Source: Camelus dromedarius
Lineage: Eukaryota
NCBI RefSeq assembly: GCF_036321535.1
Contig: NC_087436.1
Span: 119,166,001-119,230,000 of the forward strand
DNA: 64,000 nt
Direction of reading: 5' to 3'
The notes beneath the pieces were generated by a model, which had not been told where the DNA came from, did not search any database, and worked only from the letters and a program-made list of their open reading frames with translations. Positions within the stretch are counted from its first letter, which is position 1, and each line of letters opens with the position of its first letter. The translations under genes were made by a program, and so were the position numbers. Of this stretch, positions 1 to 11,760 are shown piece by piece.

Positions 1-904
1 AACCAAGGAGAGAGGGCATTACTAGTATTGGGGGGAAGGCGTTTGAGGGACATGGCCCAGAGCTCGGGCTGAAATAACCCAGGACAGCAGGCCCTTCACA
101 GGATAGTCTCCGCTGTGGACACCCAGAGCCAGAGTAGGACAGCACCCACCCCCTCGCTGCCATGCCCACCAGCACTCGTGTTGCCAGAAGTTGGGCTGAG
201 CCTTAGTGATCCAGAGAAGAATCAGACTGCAGTCACTGCCAGACACGACCTGTAGTTTTGGGGTGAACAGGGGAGGTGATAAGGTCCTGAGGGTCCAAAT
301 GGAAGGTTCCTGGACCATGAGACTCTTCAGCTGAGTCTGAGATGAGATGCTCAGGTATAAACAAGAGGAACCTGGTGACTGAAGGCACAGGAGGCATTGT
401 TGTTGAAGCAGATCAGGGGCCTCAGGAGGCAGAAGGATGGGGAGGAGGCCAGGAGCTGAGTCCTGAAGCTGCATTAAGCAGCCTGGGGATTTCACATAAA
501 GAAACTTAAAGATTCCCATCACGTTCCCACTTACATCCAGAAAGAAGGCAGCAGAAACTCACATGAGGGTGGGACCACAGATTTAAGGAGTGAAAGGAGA
601 GCTCATGTAAAGAAGATCCTTAGAAAACATCCAATGCTATCTTGATGCTTTACCCAGGGGTTACCTGGGGTTACTGTTCAGTGGAGTGACAATGGGGCTA
701 GAGCTTCAGTCACATTCAAGAGTTACTCCTGGCTCATCCGTGGACCCTTCGTCCTTCTTTTGGTCTCAGTCTCAGTATCCCTTTTGCAAAATGAACTGAG
801 AACAATGATGCCACCTCCCCATCCTGCCTTTAGGCGTAGGTGAAGTGCCACTTCTGAAACACATTTGTGAAATGGAGAGGAATGTTCCCTGAGTGCAAGT
901 GTGC

Positions 905-1922
905 CTGGTGATGGTGAGGTGGAGATGCTGATGATACTGTTGGTGATGGTGGTGGTGCTGGTAATGGTGGAGGTGATAGTGGTCGACCTTCAGTAGGTTG
1001 TGATGTTTATGTAGGGTTTTTGGTGGTGATGGATGAAGTGGTGGTGGAGGTGGCAGTGATGGAAGTGAGGGAGGTGATCATGTTTGTGGTGGTGATGGTA
1101 GTTCTGCTAGTTACAGTGGAGGCAGAGATAATGAGGATGGTGATGGTGGTGGTAGTGGTGATGATAGCGGTGAGGATGGTAGAGGTGGTGATGAAATTTT
1201 TTAGATGCTGGTGATGTGGGTGGTGTTGGTGGTTATGGTGATGGTGGTAGATCTGGCATTGAAGTTTTGATGTTGGTGATGGTGGTGTTGTTGAAATGAT
1301 GGTTGTGGTGATGGGGCTGATAGTGGTGGTGTTGGTGGTCCCTCTTTTGGTGGTGGAGTTAATGATGATGGTAGTGGATGAGTTGGTGGTGGTGCTGATG
1401 GTGAAGGTGATGCAGAAAGTGATGGTGTTGTCAGTGGTGGTGAAGATGATGTTGAAGGTGATGTGGTTTACATGGTAGATAGGTTGTAGAGGTGTGATGG
1501 TGGCTGAAGTGGTGGTGGTGGTGGTGGTGGTGGTGGTGGCGGCGGCTGCGGCGGCAATGGTGTTGGAGGTGATGATGGCGGTGATAGCGATGGTGTCTGT
1601 GGTGGTCCTTGTTTTGGTGGAAGTAGTAATGATGTGTTGGAGGTGATGATGATGGTGACGGAGGTGGTGGTGGCTGTGGTGTTGGAGCTGATGTGGTGAT
1701 GGTGGTGGTGTGCTGGTGTGGATGTGGAAGTTGAGGTGGTGATGGTGGTGTTAGTAATCATGGGGGTGGTGGTGGTTGTTGGTAGACTAGGTGGTGCTGT
1801 TGGAGGTGGTAGTGTCCCTGGAGGTGATGCAGATGATGGTGGTGGTGGTAATCATGGTGATGTGCTGGAGGTGCTGGAGGCAGTGGTATTGGTGGAGGTT
1901 TTGTTGGGTGGGGTGATGGCAG
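905..1922. repeat. Degenerate (GGT/GAT)n low-complexity tract, about 1 kb
   Basis: Continuous ggt/gat/gtg triplets. Confidence 0.95.
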
Positions 1923-2342
1923 GATAGCCTCTAAACATCACTGAGCATTTACTAGGTAACCATACACTGTACTCAATGTGCTCCATTATAATTGTCTCAA
2001 TTTTATCTTCATATAAACCCTTTGAGGTAGGTTTTACCTCCTTATCAAACTCACTTTATAGAGGAGAAACCTGAGGCTCTATGTAGTTCCATCTCTTGCC
2101 AAGGGTCACAGGGTTGGGAATTAGAACCTGGGATATAGCCAGGCCATCTTGTCTAGAAGCCACACCCCTGAGCCCTGCACCCAAGGGCACAGGCATGAGT
2201 ATGGCACCAGCCAATCATCGCACTTACTGGTCACAGTCTCCCGCTGCGAGGGGAAGGTGGAGCCCAGAACCGGGGCTCAGACACCCAGCCCAGCCCAAGG
2301 AGGGAGACAAGGAGTCCCGGGTCTGGGGAAGGGTAATCGAAC

Positions 2343-2448
2343 CTGTGAGCTGTAGGATCTGGTCATCAAAGTGGGTCACGGCCTCATCATGCATGACCTG
2401 GCCTCCGAGGACAAACTCCAGGCGTCCTTGGGCCAGGAGCTGGTGGAC
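2343..2448 (-). CDS. MAN2B2: Second MAN2B2 copy, exon 3 (gene continues past the left edge)
   Basis: Reverse complement of 24644-24749; identical translation in the ORF track. Confidence 0.88.
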
Positions 2449-4178
2449 CTTGGTGTTGTGGGCAGAGAGGAAAATCCAGATTATAGCCCCCAAGTCTGGT
2501 TGTGTTCACTGGGTACATGTCTCCAGTGTCTTACGGTTCTTCCTTCCAACTCCGCACTCATCTACATTTATTCTGAAAAAGCAGGACACGGTCCTGGTCC
2601 CCAGTGTGTCCAGCATCCGGAACAGCACCTGGCCCCTGGCTGTTCCTTCATCGAAAATATATAAAAATAAACATTTTACAGTTTTGCTCTGAAATAATTT
2701 CAAACTTGTGAAAAATTTGCAAGAATTGTTCAGAGAGTACCCATAAATCCTTTCCCAAGATTATCTAGTAGTTAATAGTTTTTCCCTATTTCTCTTATCT
2801 CTTCCCCATCTCTTTACGTTCATAGTATGCTTTTTCTAAACCATTTGAAAGTAAAAGTTAACAATAACATGCCTTTATCTTAACAGTTCAGTATGTGTTT
2901 GACAAGGACAAGATCATTCTTACTATTCCATAATTCTCCAAATCTGGAAATTAATAATGCTACTATCAAATTCATGGTATTCATGAATTTCCTGAGCCTT
3001 CTTTTTCATTCCTGTGATTAATAAATTTGAGGATTAAGGCTACTTATTCTGTAGAACATCCTTCAATTTGCATTTGTCACAACTGGATGACAAGCAATTG
3101 AGTTTGGGGGTGTCCATGTAAAGAAGTGAGGACCATCCACTGGACCCCATGGAGAGTCATGCTTTAAATCAGAATATCTGACACAGAGTCCAACTTGTCT
3201 CGTACAAGCTCTGTGGTCCCTGGCCAGTTGCCTGCCCTCTCTGAACCTGGACCACTGTGTACAGCAGGCTGAGTGTCCCCAGTGTACTGGCTGTTGAGAG
3301 GAGTCAACGAAGTAATGTGTAGAAGGTCCTAGCCCAGAGCCTGGCAGGAGGCAGTGCCCATCGGACGGGAGGCTCGTCCTCTCGGTGCCAAAGGCTGCAG
3401 GGTCACATCCCCTGCTGGAGGAGGACCTGGTGGACTCCCTGTTTTGCCTTTTGAGCTCTGCTACCTTGAGCAAGTCGTGGGGCTCTAACCTGTTTCGAAC
3501 GAAGGGGATGCTTGGAGGGGACCAAGTTCCAGAGAATTGTCCTATGAACTCACATCATATGTTCATTCTGGGCACAGCCTCCCTAAGAAGAGTGGTCACT
3601 CCCACGTACAGTTGTGGGACCTGCAGGGGACAGAGTCCAGTCGCCGCCTTCACCACACGTGGAGGTGGGGGAGCAGGACCGGGTCCCAGGCAGCCCCTCT
3701 GCTGAGCGGGGCCTCTGACTCCTGCAACCTGTGAAACTAATCCGCTGCCGGCCTTGGGGCCACAGGGACTGTTGCACCCCCGGCAGGGTTGCCGGCTCCT
3801 GTGCTCATGGGGGTCACTCAGATACCGAAATGAAGGAAGAGGGTGTGGGCTCTGGGCCCCCTGGGAGTGCCCAGTGTCAAAGGGAACTCGGTTCATGCCA
3901 GTTGAGTGTCTGGTGGGTTGCCAGAGCTGCAGTTTTCCAGTAGCCACACAGCTGGGATGAGAACACAAAGCTGTTTCCCGGGCACGGGGCTGACCACAAA
4001 ACTGATCTAAACACACCCTGCAAAGAGCCCAGTAGAGTTTAAGCCTTGAGGTTTATGTAGCACAAGCGTGGCCAGAGAGCGCACTGCCCCAGGAGTTTCC
4101 TAAAGGGTCATCACCAGGACACCCAAGCCATTCTTCTCTCGGTTGACCCTTCAAGGACACCCTACAGGACAGCAGTAC

Positions 4179-4325
4179 CTGGCGTCTCTGCTTGTGCGAG
4201 GCGATGCCATCCCACCACAGCCGGAAAAACTCCTGCTCCACGGCGATGAACCTGCGCTGCTTCTTAAGGGTCAGCTCCTCCACCACCGAGGTGTAGACGT
4301 TGGCGACATAAGCCCGCATGCTCTC
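4179..4325 (-). CDS. MAN2B2: Second MAN2B2 copy, exon 2
   Basis: Reverse complement of 22767-22913; identical translation in the ORF track. Confidence 0.88.
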
Positions 4326-4823
4326 CTAGGGGTGGGGGACACCATCACTCCAGCCCCATGGGGCTTCTGGAGGGTTTGGCCCCAAGGACCAAGGAGTAAA
4401 ATCCAGAGGTGACAGAGTGTCTGGGGGCCCCTGGCACTCACAGCTGCATCTGTCTGGGGGCCCTTCCCTCTGTTCCCCCAGTTCCCTTCAGACAAGGGGG
4501 CACCAGTCCCACTCTGCGCCAGACACACGGTGAGCGCGGGCACTGGGAGCGGGACAGGGCGGACCGCTGTGCTGGGAACATGCTCTCCTGGGCAGGGATG
4601 TGAGGAAACAGACAATGGCAGTCCATGAGTCAGGGGGATGCACCTGCCAGGACCGAGGGGGCAGGGATGGCTTCCCAGAGGGGCATGTTGGCCGGCCGTG
4701 AGCGCCACGTGGCCGACAGCACAGCCAAGCCCAAGGGTCACAGCGGGTGAGGCCCAGGGACTTTACAGGAAGAAGGAGACTTCACCCTCAAGAGGTGTGC
4801 AGGGGACATCCCGGGGCACCCAC

Positions 4824-4955
4824 CTGTACTGTGTGGAGCCAGCCCACGTCCATGTGGCTGTGGGGCACCACGAACACCCTGATTGGAAGCGTGACCAGGG
4901 CCCCCAGCGGCCACAGCAGCACCAGGAACAGAGGCAGCCAGCTGAGCGGCCCCAT
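4824..4955 (-). CDS. MAN2B2: Second MAN2B2 copy, exon 1
   Basis: Reverse complement of 22137-22268 (position sum 27092); ATG at 4955-4953. Confidence 0.88.
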
Positions 4956-7099
4956 CCCAGCGGCCAGCAGGCAGGGCTGTCAGACTTCAATCTGCCTGCA
5001 GGGCCTGGCCTCTCGGGAGCTGACCGGGACCTGCTCCTTGGAGGAGGGGGTGGGAAGGAGCAAGGGAGGAGTGACACCCACGTAGATGCTGTCACCTGAG
5101 CAGTGCAGGCTGGGGCCCTTGCTCACTGCCTTTCAGCACTCCCCGCCCAGCTCCAGTTTCCTGGCTGTCCCTGGCCACCTTTAAGCCAAATACCAAGTGC
5201 CTCCTCCTCGGGGAAGCCTGCCAGATTTCCCTCCTGTCTGGGAGGACCTTCGTCAGCCCAGGGCCCTTGCCACTCATTTCTGTCTCTTAGAGGGTTTCCC
5301 GCTGGGCATCCCTGCCCATCCGCAGCCCCTTCCCTCTGGACTGGCTCCTCGGCTTCGAGGCCTCCCTCACCCTCGGTACTCAGTGCGGGCAGTGCCGCCA
5401 CTGGGGCGCCTGCCCTGACACCCTCTCCTCCGCGTGGAGCCCACAATCCGGCCCTTCAATAGGGATCGTTCTCGCTGTTTGAGGGAGGAGATCAGGCCTT
5501 TACCAACAGTCCGTGACTCACCGACGTCACACAACCACTGGAGGAGCGAGACCGACCCAAACCTTCAGAATTAGGGCTGGGCCACCCGTAATGCCCTTGG
5601 CTAGCTGCGTAATCTCTCCGGGTCTCAGCAGACCACCCGCAAATAGCCGCAGGGGACCTGAGAGCAGTGAGTGAGCGCTCACGAGATGACAGCTTCAGTG
5701 TCTCCTTCCTGGAGGACGGTGTGGTCACAGCGGTGCGGTCTGCAGGGGCCAGGGTGTCGCCTGGAGTCGCCTCTGTGCCCCCGACCCAGGAGCAGGGCAT
5801 CTGTGGTGTGGGGTGCTCTGCCTGAGAAACAAACACCTGATTGTAGTTTTCTGTCCTGGCCAGAGCCGTGACTCACCGTCCCTTCTGGCCACCTTGTCCA
5901 TCGCTCAGCAAATGCAATTCGAGTATATGATGTCCAAGCAAGTCCCCATCCTCTCTCCTCTGTCCCATCTGCCTCATTGCCCCCCACCCCCGACCTGACT
6001 TGACTTCGACATCCCTCCCATTGAGATGCGGGGTCAGTGTCTTCTCCCGTTAGCGCTGAGTGGGCTTGTGACTCACTTGTAACCGACAGAATGTCGAGCA
6101 GATGCCCTGTGTCAGAAGCGGCAAGGCAGGGTTTGCCTTGTTCACAGGAGGAGTCATGCGTGGAGCCGGGAGCCGCCACGCTGTGAGGAAGCCCAAGCCA
6201 GCCCACGTGGGAAGGAGACGTGGAGAAGCCCTGAGGGCACTTGGAGAGAGAGAGGCAGGCCCGCCCCAGCTGTTCCAGCCCCAGCCCCACACGACCGCAC
6301 CCCCATGCCACGTGCCAGGGGCGTCCATTCCTCGTCCTTTCCTCCAGGCCTTGGCACTGGCCGCTCTTGCTGGAGCTCACATGCAGATTCCAACTGATGC
6401 TCATGGTACCCTCCCTTCCACCCATTCCATGCCGTTCACCTTCAACTGGCACCTGTGCCGGGCCTGGGGGGTACCTGGGGGGATACCTAGAGCCTCGTTC
6501 CTGAGACCTGACCTTTAGCAAGCATGCCTTCCTGAGCCACAGCGTTCACCTGTCTATTCACTGTTCAGTTCAACAAAGAAGACCAGAGGCCCCCACATGG
6601 GTTCCACACCGAGTCTCCTCTACTTCCTTGTGCACAGCCCACAAGACCTCCCGCCTCCCGTGGTCCTGGACGATCATCCTTGCTAGATGATGACGCCTCC
6701 AGTTCTCTGCTGGTCTCTTGGCACCAGTACCTCAAGTGACCAGAGACAGCAGTAGCTTGTCACCTGTGGAAGCATCCCTTCTTTGGATACCTACCGCGGA
6801 ACCGGCAGAGTCCAGAGTGTGGATGTGAGACTCAGTTCCCCACGGGGGTCCCCGGGAGTGGTGATAAGCGAGGCTCCTCGTGCTTCCATCCCGCACGTTC
6901 TACTCACTGGGGAAACCATGCACTGGTTATTGATTCGGGGTGTATGACTCCTAGGGGGCGGAGCCCCGATGCCGCAGACTCCATCTCCAAACGCCTGCTC
7001 AACTGAGCCCTCAGCTGTCTGTCCATTCCTCTCTCAGGCTGGCAGCTTCTGGGCGTTGGGCTCACGATAGGAGCAGCAGACCCCAGGTCGTGTGCCCAC

Positions 7100-7450
7100 T
7101 GTCGCACCTCCTACCGAAGCGGGTCCCCTGCCCTGATGTCATGTTCTACCCTCTCCTGGAGCCTTGACTCTGAAGGAAGCCAGCAGCCACGTCATGGGAC
7201 ACTCAAGCAGTGTGAGGAGAGGCCATGTGGAGAGCAGGTGAGGTGTCCTGCCCACAGCCAGCACTAACTCACCAGCCCCTTGACAGAGGGCCCCTGCCGG
7301 CTAGTCCTCCGGTCCAGATCCAGCTCCAGGAGTCCCAGGTGACATCTTGACCTCAGCCTGTTAAAAACTCAAGAGTCAGAAATCCCCCGCTAAGCCACTC
7401 CCGAATTCTCCAACCCAGAAACCCTGATGACAAGTGAAGTTTATTGAAAC
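7100..7450 (+). mobile_element. MaLR LTR (MLT1F/G/H-like); mirrored at about 19642-19992
   Basis: gaagccagcagccacgtc...gagaggccatgtgg...gctaagccactcccgaattctc pattern recalled from MLT1 consensus. Confidence 0.65.
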
Positions 7451-8234
7451 TGTAAGTCCCGTTCTCAAAATGTGTGAGTGTTCCCTCTCCCTAGTGTCTG
7501 GTTACCTGAGCCCATGACCATCAGCGCCCAGGGGACGGGATGGGGGAATCGTCACCACATGCCCTTGCCAGGGTCTGGCGGAGTCCTTCCTCGCAGGGAC
7601 ATGGTCTATCCTTAGGTCAGTGGGATTGAGATTCGACTGACTCTGGTCTGGATGCTGGGGAAAGGGCTCGCTCTTCACTCCGTGGCTGCCCTCGGTCTCC
7701 TAACCCATTCATCCCCAGGTGCTTCTGAGAGGACACACCGAGGGTCGCCCATGCCAGCTGTCCAGCTATTCTGCCCTCGGAGCGCTGTATCCCAGTAACC
7801 ATCTCCACTGCCTGGAGTGCGTCTCGCTGCCATTCTGGCTTTGATGTGCGTCACAGTAATTGCGCTGGCCTTGCTTCTGACAGCTACGTGCAGGCACCTG
7901 GCCTCTCCTTTCTGCATCCCATGACTTCCAGTGCCACCAGGGAGCCCACTTCTCTAATGGCTCCACTCCCATCCGCCCCGTCCTACAGGGGCCGCCCCGT
8001 GTCTGGGCTTGTTGCTGACGCTGGTGCTTGGTAACCGGAGTGTCCCCCGGGCCTCCTGGGGGACACTGTCTGGCCTCACCTACCACCTTCACTCCGGCCC
8101 CTTCCTACTTCTCTGCACCTTGAATCCCTTCTTCCTCCACCTGCCATCTCTCCTTCACTCAGTGTGGACCAACACTGTCCAACTTCACAGCCTGGTAGCC
8201 TGTCTCCTGGTGTTAAATCCGCCGTGACTGGTGT

Positions 8235-8345
8235 TTAGTCTACATCTGCTGCCATGTCAGGACACCACAGATGGGGGCTTAAGCACAGACATGCATTTTC
8301 TCACGGTTCTGGAGGCTGGAAGTCCCCTGGGCAGGGTAAGGGTTG
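8235..8345 (-). mobile_element. MaLR LTR fragment (MLT1A-D-like); mirrored at about 18747-18857
   Basis: caccacagatgggggcttaa...ttctcacggttctggaggctggaagtcc. Confidence 0.6.
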
Positions 8346-10261
8346 GGGAAGCTTCTGTGACACTCAGAGGTTCATTGTCCTTCACTGGGGGACAGGCTAC
8401 AGCACAGGAGCAGTTCTTTCTAGACCAGGCTCTGCCATGCTCAGCCTGAAGGGGCTGCCTGAGGTTCTGGGCTCTGCGACTTTGGTTGCTGGCAGCACAT
8501 GTTCGTCAAACAAAAGGGCTGGAGGGACACGTGTACTGGCCGCCTCTGTGAGATGCACCACAAAGTCCACATTGAATCCGAGTGTCTCGAGAAGGACGCA
8601 GGGTGCTGGCCGCTCCCCGCAGCAATGCCAGCTTGTTCCCAGTGTCACACGTGGGCACGCAGCCCGTGACCTCTTCTTGATTTGGGCCATCGCTGAATAT
8701 GAAAGTGTGAAGCCTTATTTGTTCTGGGTGTTCTAGAAAAAGAACAGCCCGACCATTCTTTCTGCTTGTCTGGGAGTGTGTGAAGTGGACACACTGGCAC
8801 CATTTCCACTTAATCCTTATGCCAGCAGTGTTCTCTGTTCCCTAGGGCAGGTGGGACTGGCCTGGGGGCTCAGGCTTGCCTTCAGGGGAACACTGCCAGG
8901 GGCTGCACCCGATGTCAGTGACCTCCCCCACAGCAGCATGGACACTGGCAGCCTCTTGCCTCCAACCTTCCACAGCTCCCGGTGTCTGCCCTCCAGGAGC
9001 CTGACCCTCAGCTGGCATCTCAGACCCTTCAGGACTTGTCCCACCTGCCTTTCTGGCCCCACCGCCCACACCCTCTTCTACTCCAGTCCCTCCATCAGCT
9101 GCTGGAAGGCCCACTGTCCCTCCTCCTCTCCACCCTTTTTCTCTGCTGGGTCCTGGCTGCTTGTCTTCTCTACCCAGGACAAGCCCGTTCCTCCTTGCAG
9201 CACCTCCATCGCCAAATCCTCTACATGTTAGCAAGCCCTTTCCAGCCTCAGGCCCTTTGCACGTGCGGCTCCCTCTGCTGAGAAGCATCTTCCTGCACTT
9301 TTCGTCTGGCAGGCTGCTGTTCCTCCTTCATGTTTTCTCCCCACTGAGAGACCTTCCGTGCACCCCCCCTCCATCCCTCCACAGCCTTTACTGACAAATA
9401 TGATTCTGTACTGATTTGTGTGCCTGGGAAACACTGCCTCACGCACTAGACCACAGGCTTCATGAGGCTTCACTCCGCTCTCTGCTGCAGCCAGCACCGG
9501 GGACAGAGCAGGGGCTCTCTCTCTTTTGTGTGGAAAGAACTCGTGAATGTAATCGTTATGCACGTGCCTTTCCCCTGGACAACCTGGGTTTATTCCAGGG
9601 CGCAGCGTGTGAAGCTCGGCTCAGAAACTCATCCCAGCTGCGCCTCTGCCTGCTGTGGGAGCCGATGCACAGCTCCTGACAGCTGACCCAGAGTCTCAGG
9701 CTTCTGACCTGTACAATGGGGATATTTAAGTCTATCCATAGGGTGGGTGTGGATATTAAGCTGTGTCGGAATATAAAGCAGCTGCCTTGTGCCCAATCAG
9801 AGAGACCACTCTGCTCATAAACAGCAGGTCCACCCCACCGCAGGCTGTAAGGCTGCCCTGGGACTTCTTTTCAAGTTTTCATCAGTAAACAACCACAGAA
9901 CCATGACTGTATGCCAGACTCTGTTGTGCACGGTGAGAGAACAGGAGATGTGCTGCCCCTGGGATGCACTTGCGGGGAGGCAGGCCTTGGCCATGATGGG
10001 CTCTGCCCACAGGCGATTCTGCGGTGTTTGGTTTAGGGCTCCTGGCCAACCCTGGAGGCCTTCCAGGAGGTGGGGGTCCTCCTCCCAGGGACACAGTCTA
10101 CCCTTTGATCAATGGGATTGAGATTTGACTGGCTCTGCGCTAGATTCTGGGTAAAGGGTCCAGACTTTCACTGGGTGGTTCTCTTAAGCCTCCTAAGCTA
10201 TAAATTCTCAATTGCTTCTGAAAGGACACACTGAGGGTCACCCAGCTGTCCAGCTATTCTG

Positions 10262-10395
10262 GGAGGGTTATGACTCCCGCTTTGTCCTTCTTCCTCAGTA
10301 TTGCTAGGGCAGTTCTGGGTATTTTGTGATACCATATAAATTTTACGATTATCTGTTCTGCTTCTGTGAAAAATGTCATGGACTATTTGATAGGA
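10262..10395 (-). mobile_element. Short L1 ORF2 fragment
   Basis: gctttgtccttcttcctcagtattgct...ccatataaatttt...ctgtgaaaaatgtcatgg is typical antisense L1 ORF2. Confidence 0.75.
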
Positions 10396-11295
10396 AAAAA
10401 TGATCCAATTTTAAATTCAACTTTGTAGGATTAGATGAAGAATTAGAAAGTCTAGTTTAAAGACATGAACTAGACTGGGCAGATGGCTGGCAGCCACTGG
10501 TCCTGGGCCATAAGATGGAAGGCAAGCCATGGCAAGGCGGGGAGCTTGCAGGCTCTTTCTGTCTCTCTGCTCCACCTTCCTCTCCTTTCAAAACTCAAAC
10601 TGGCCCCTCTCCCTGGCATCTCCCCTCCCTTCCCAAACTGTGTCTGGTGGGGAGGGGCGGCAGGGTATTTACGTCTATCCTCCCCTGCACTTTAAGAATA
10701 TTAACATCCTGAAGGTGGGATTTTTGTTGCCCTACTGAGGCATCTGGGACCAGGAGAAGGCAAGTCTAGGACAGTCTACTGACTGTCCCTCAGGATCTCA
10801 CCTAGGGGCACTTCTATTCTCCTTCCTTGGAACTGGCTTCCCCAAGCTCTGCCCCGCCCTGTAAGGCACCCCAACTTTTGGGGGTGAGGAGAGCATTGTC
10901 CCTGCCCCAGCAGGGATGGGGGATGAGACTCAAACTGGAATCAGAGCAGTCAGTTAGAGTCCTACTTGGCCACCTACTCTGCCTTCCTCCTCTCCCAGCC
11001 TCAATGTCTCCTCCATGCAATGGGCATCATAAACAGGCAGATGACCTGGTGACTGGGCGTAGGGGAGGTGGCCGTGGGGAGGGCATGGCAGAGCAGGTGG
11101 CACCCGGGGCTTAAGGCTCCAGACTCAGCACCTCATCCTCCTGTGCATCACCTTGTGAGAAAACCCTGAACGGTCCCCTGAGGCGTGCCCTCTGCTGCCT
11201 TCCCACACCGGGAGCGGGGTCGCAGCGAGGAGGTGGAGAGAAGGAGCAAGTCGGGGGGGGGGCACGGAGAAGGGTGAAGGGGTGAGGGCAAGGGC

Positions 11296-11760
11296 GTGCC
11301 GAAGAGAAGGAGCCTTCTCTACCCTTCAAAGTTCCTTTCAGTTGGTCTAATAATCAAATAGATAGGAGACAAGTTAACATAGAGAAAAATTTAGTTCAGA
11401 CATGTAGGAAGTCCACACACTTAAGAAGTTCAGACAGAAGGTAAAATGAGGTGTACGTGGCATCCTGAGCTAGGGAACTGGAGGGGGGCCGGGGCTTCCA
11501 AGGGGAGGAAGGCAAGTCTAGGACAATCGGAAGAAGAGCAGATGTTTGGTAAGTAGATGTTTGCCCTGCCATACAGATGGATCACTCAGATACGGTTTAT
11601 CTCCGTAAAAATTCTCACTCTGGGAAATTCCAACTCTCCTAGGATGCTAAGGGAGGAGCAGCGGTCTCTCCTGAGCCACAGAGTCTTGACCGTCTTTGGC
11701 TCAAAGTAATCTGCATGCCAGACGGGAACATCTTGTGGAGACTTGTTCTGAGCCCCCTCA
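11296..11760 (-). mobile_element. ERV1 LTR (MER34/MER39-like), 3' LTR of a provirus remnant
   Basis: Minus strand begins TGAGGGGGCTCAGAACAAG...TGGCATGCAGATTACTTTGAGC after a purine-rich PPT-like tract and ends in CA. Confidence 0.65.

Larger units (their letters stand above)
1..9083 (-). repeat. Left arm of large inverted duplication (open at the window edge)
   Basis: Position p pairs with 27092-p (27074-p left of the 18-bp indel near 1510-1555); ORFs are mirrored throughout. Confidence 0.98.

Noticed and set aside
1020..1927. Val/Met-rich and Thr/Pro/His-rich ORFs (and their mirrors at 25165-26054)
   Set aside because: They are translations of the intronic GGT/GAT low-complexity tract, with no splice or family support.
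5679..6521. 280-aa ORF present in both arms (20571-21413)
   Set aside because: Non-ATG start, no recognisable domain, GC-rich upstream DNA; its conservation only reflects the duplication.
10756..11525. Exact 18-mer GAAGGCAAGTCTAGGACA at 10756 and 11508
   Set aside because: No flanking homology and the second copy is internal to the LTR, so it is not a target-site duplication; I cannot assign a meaning.
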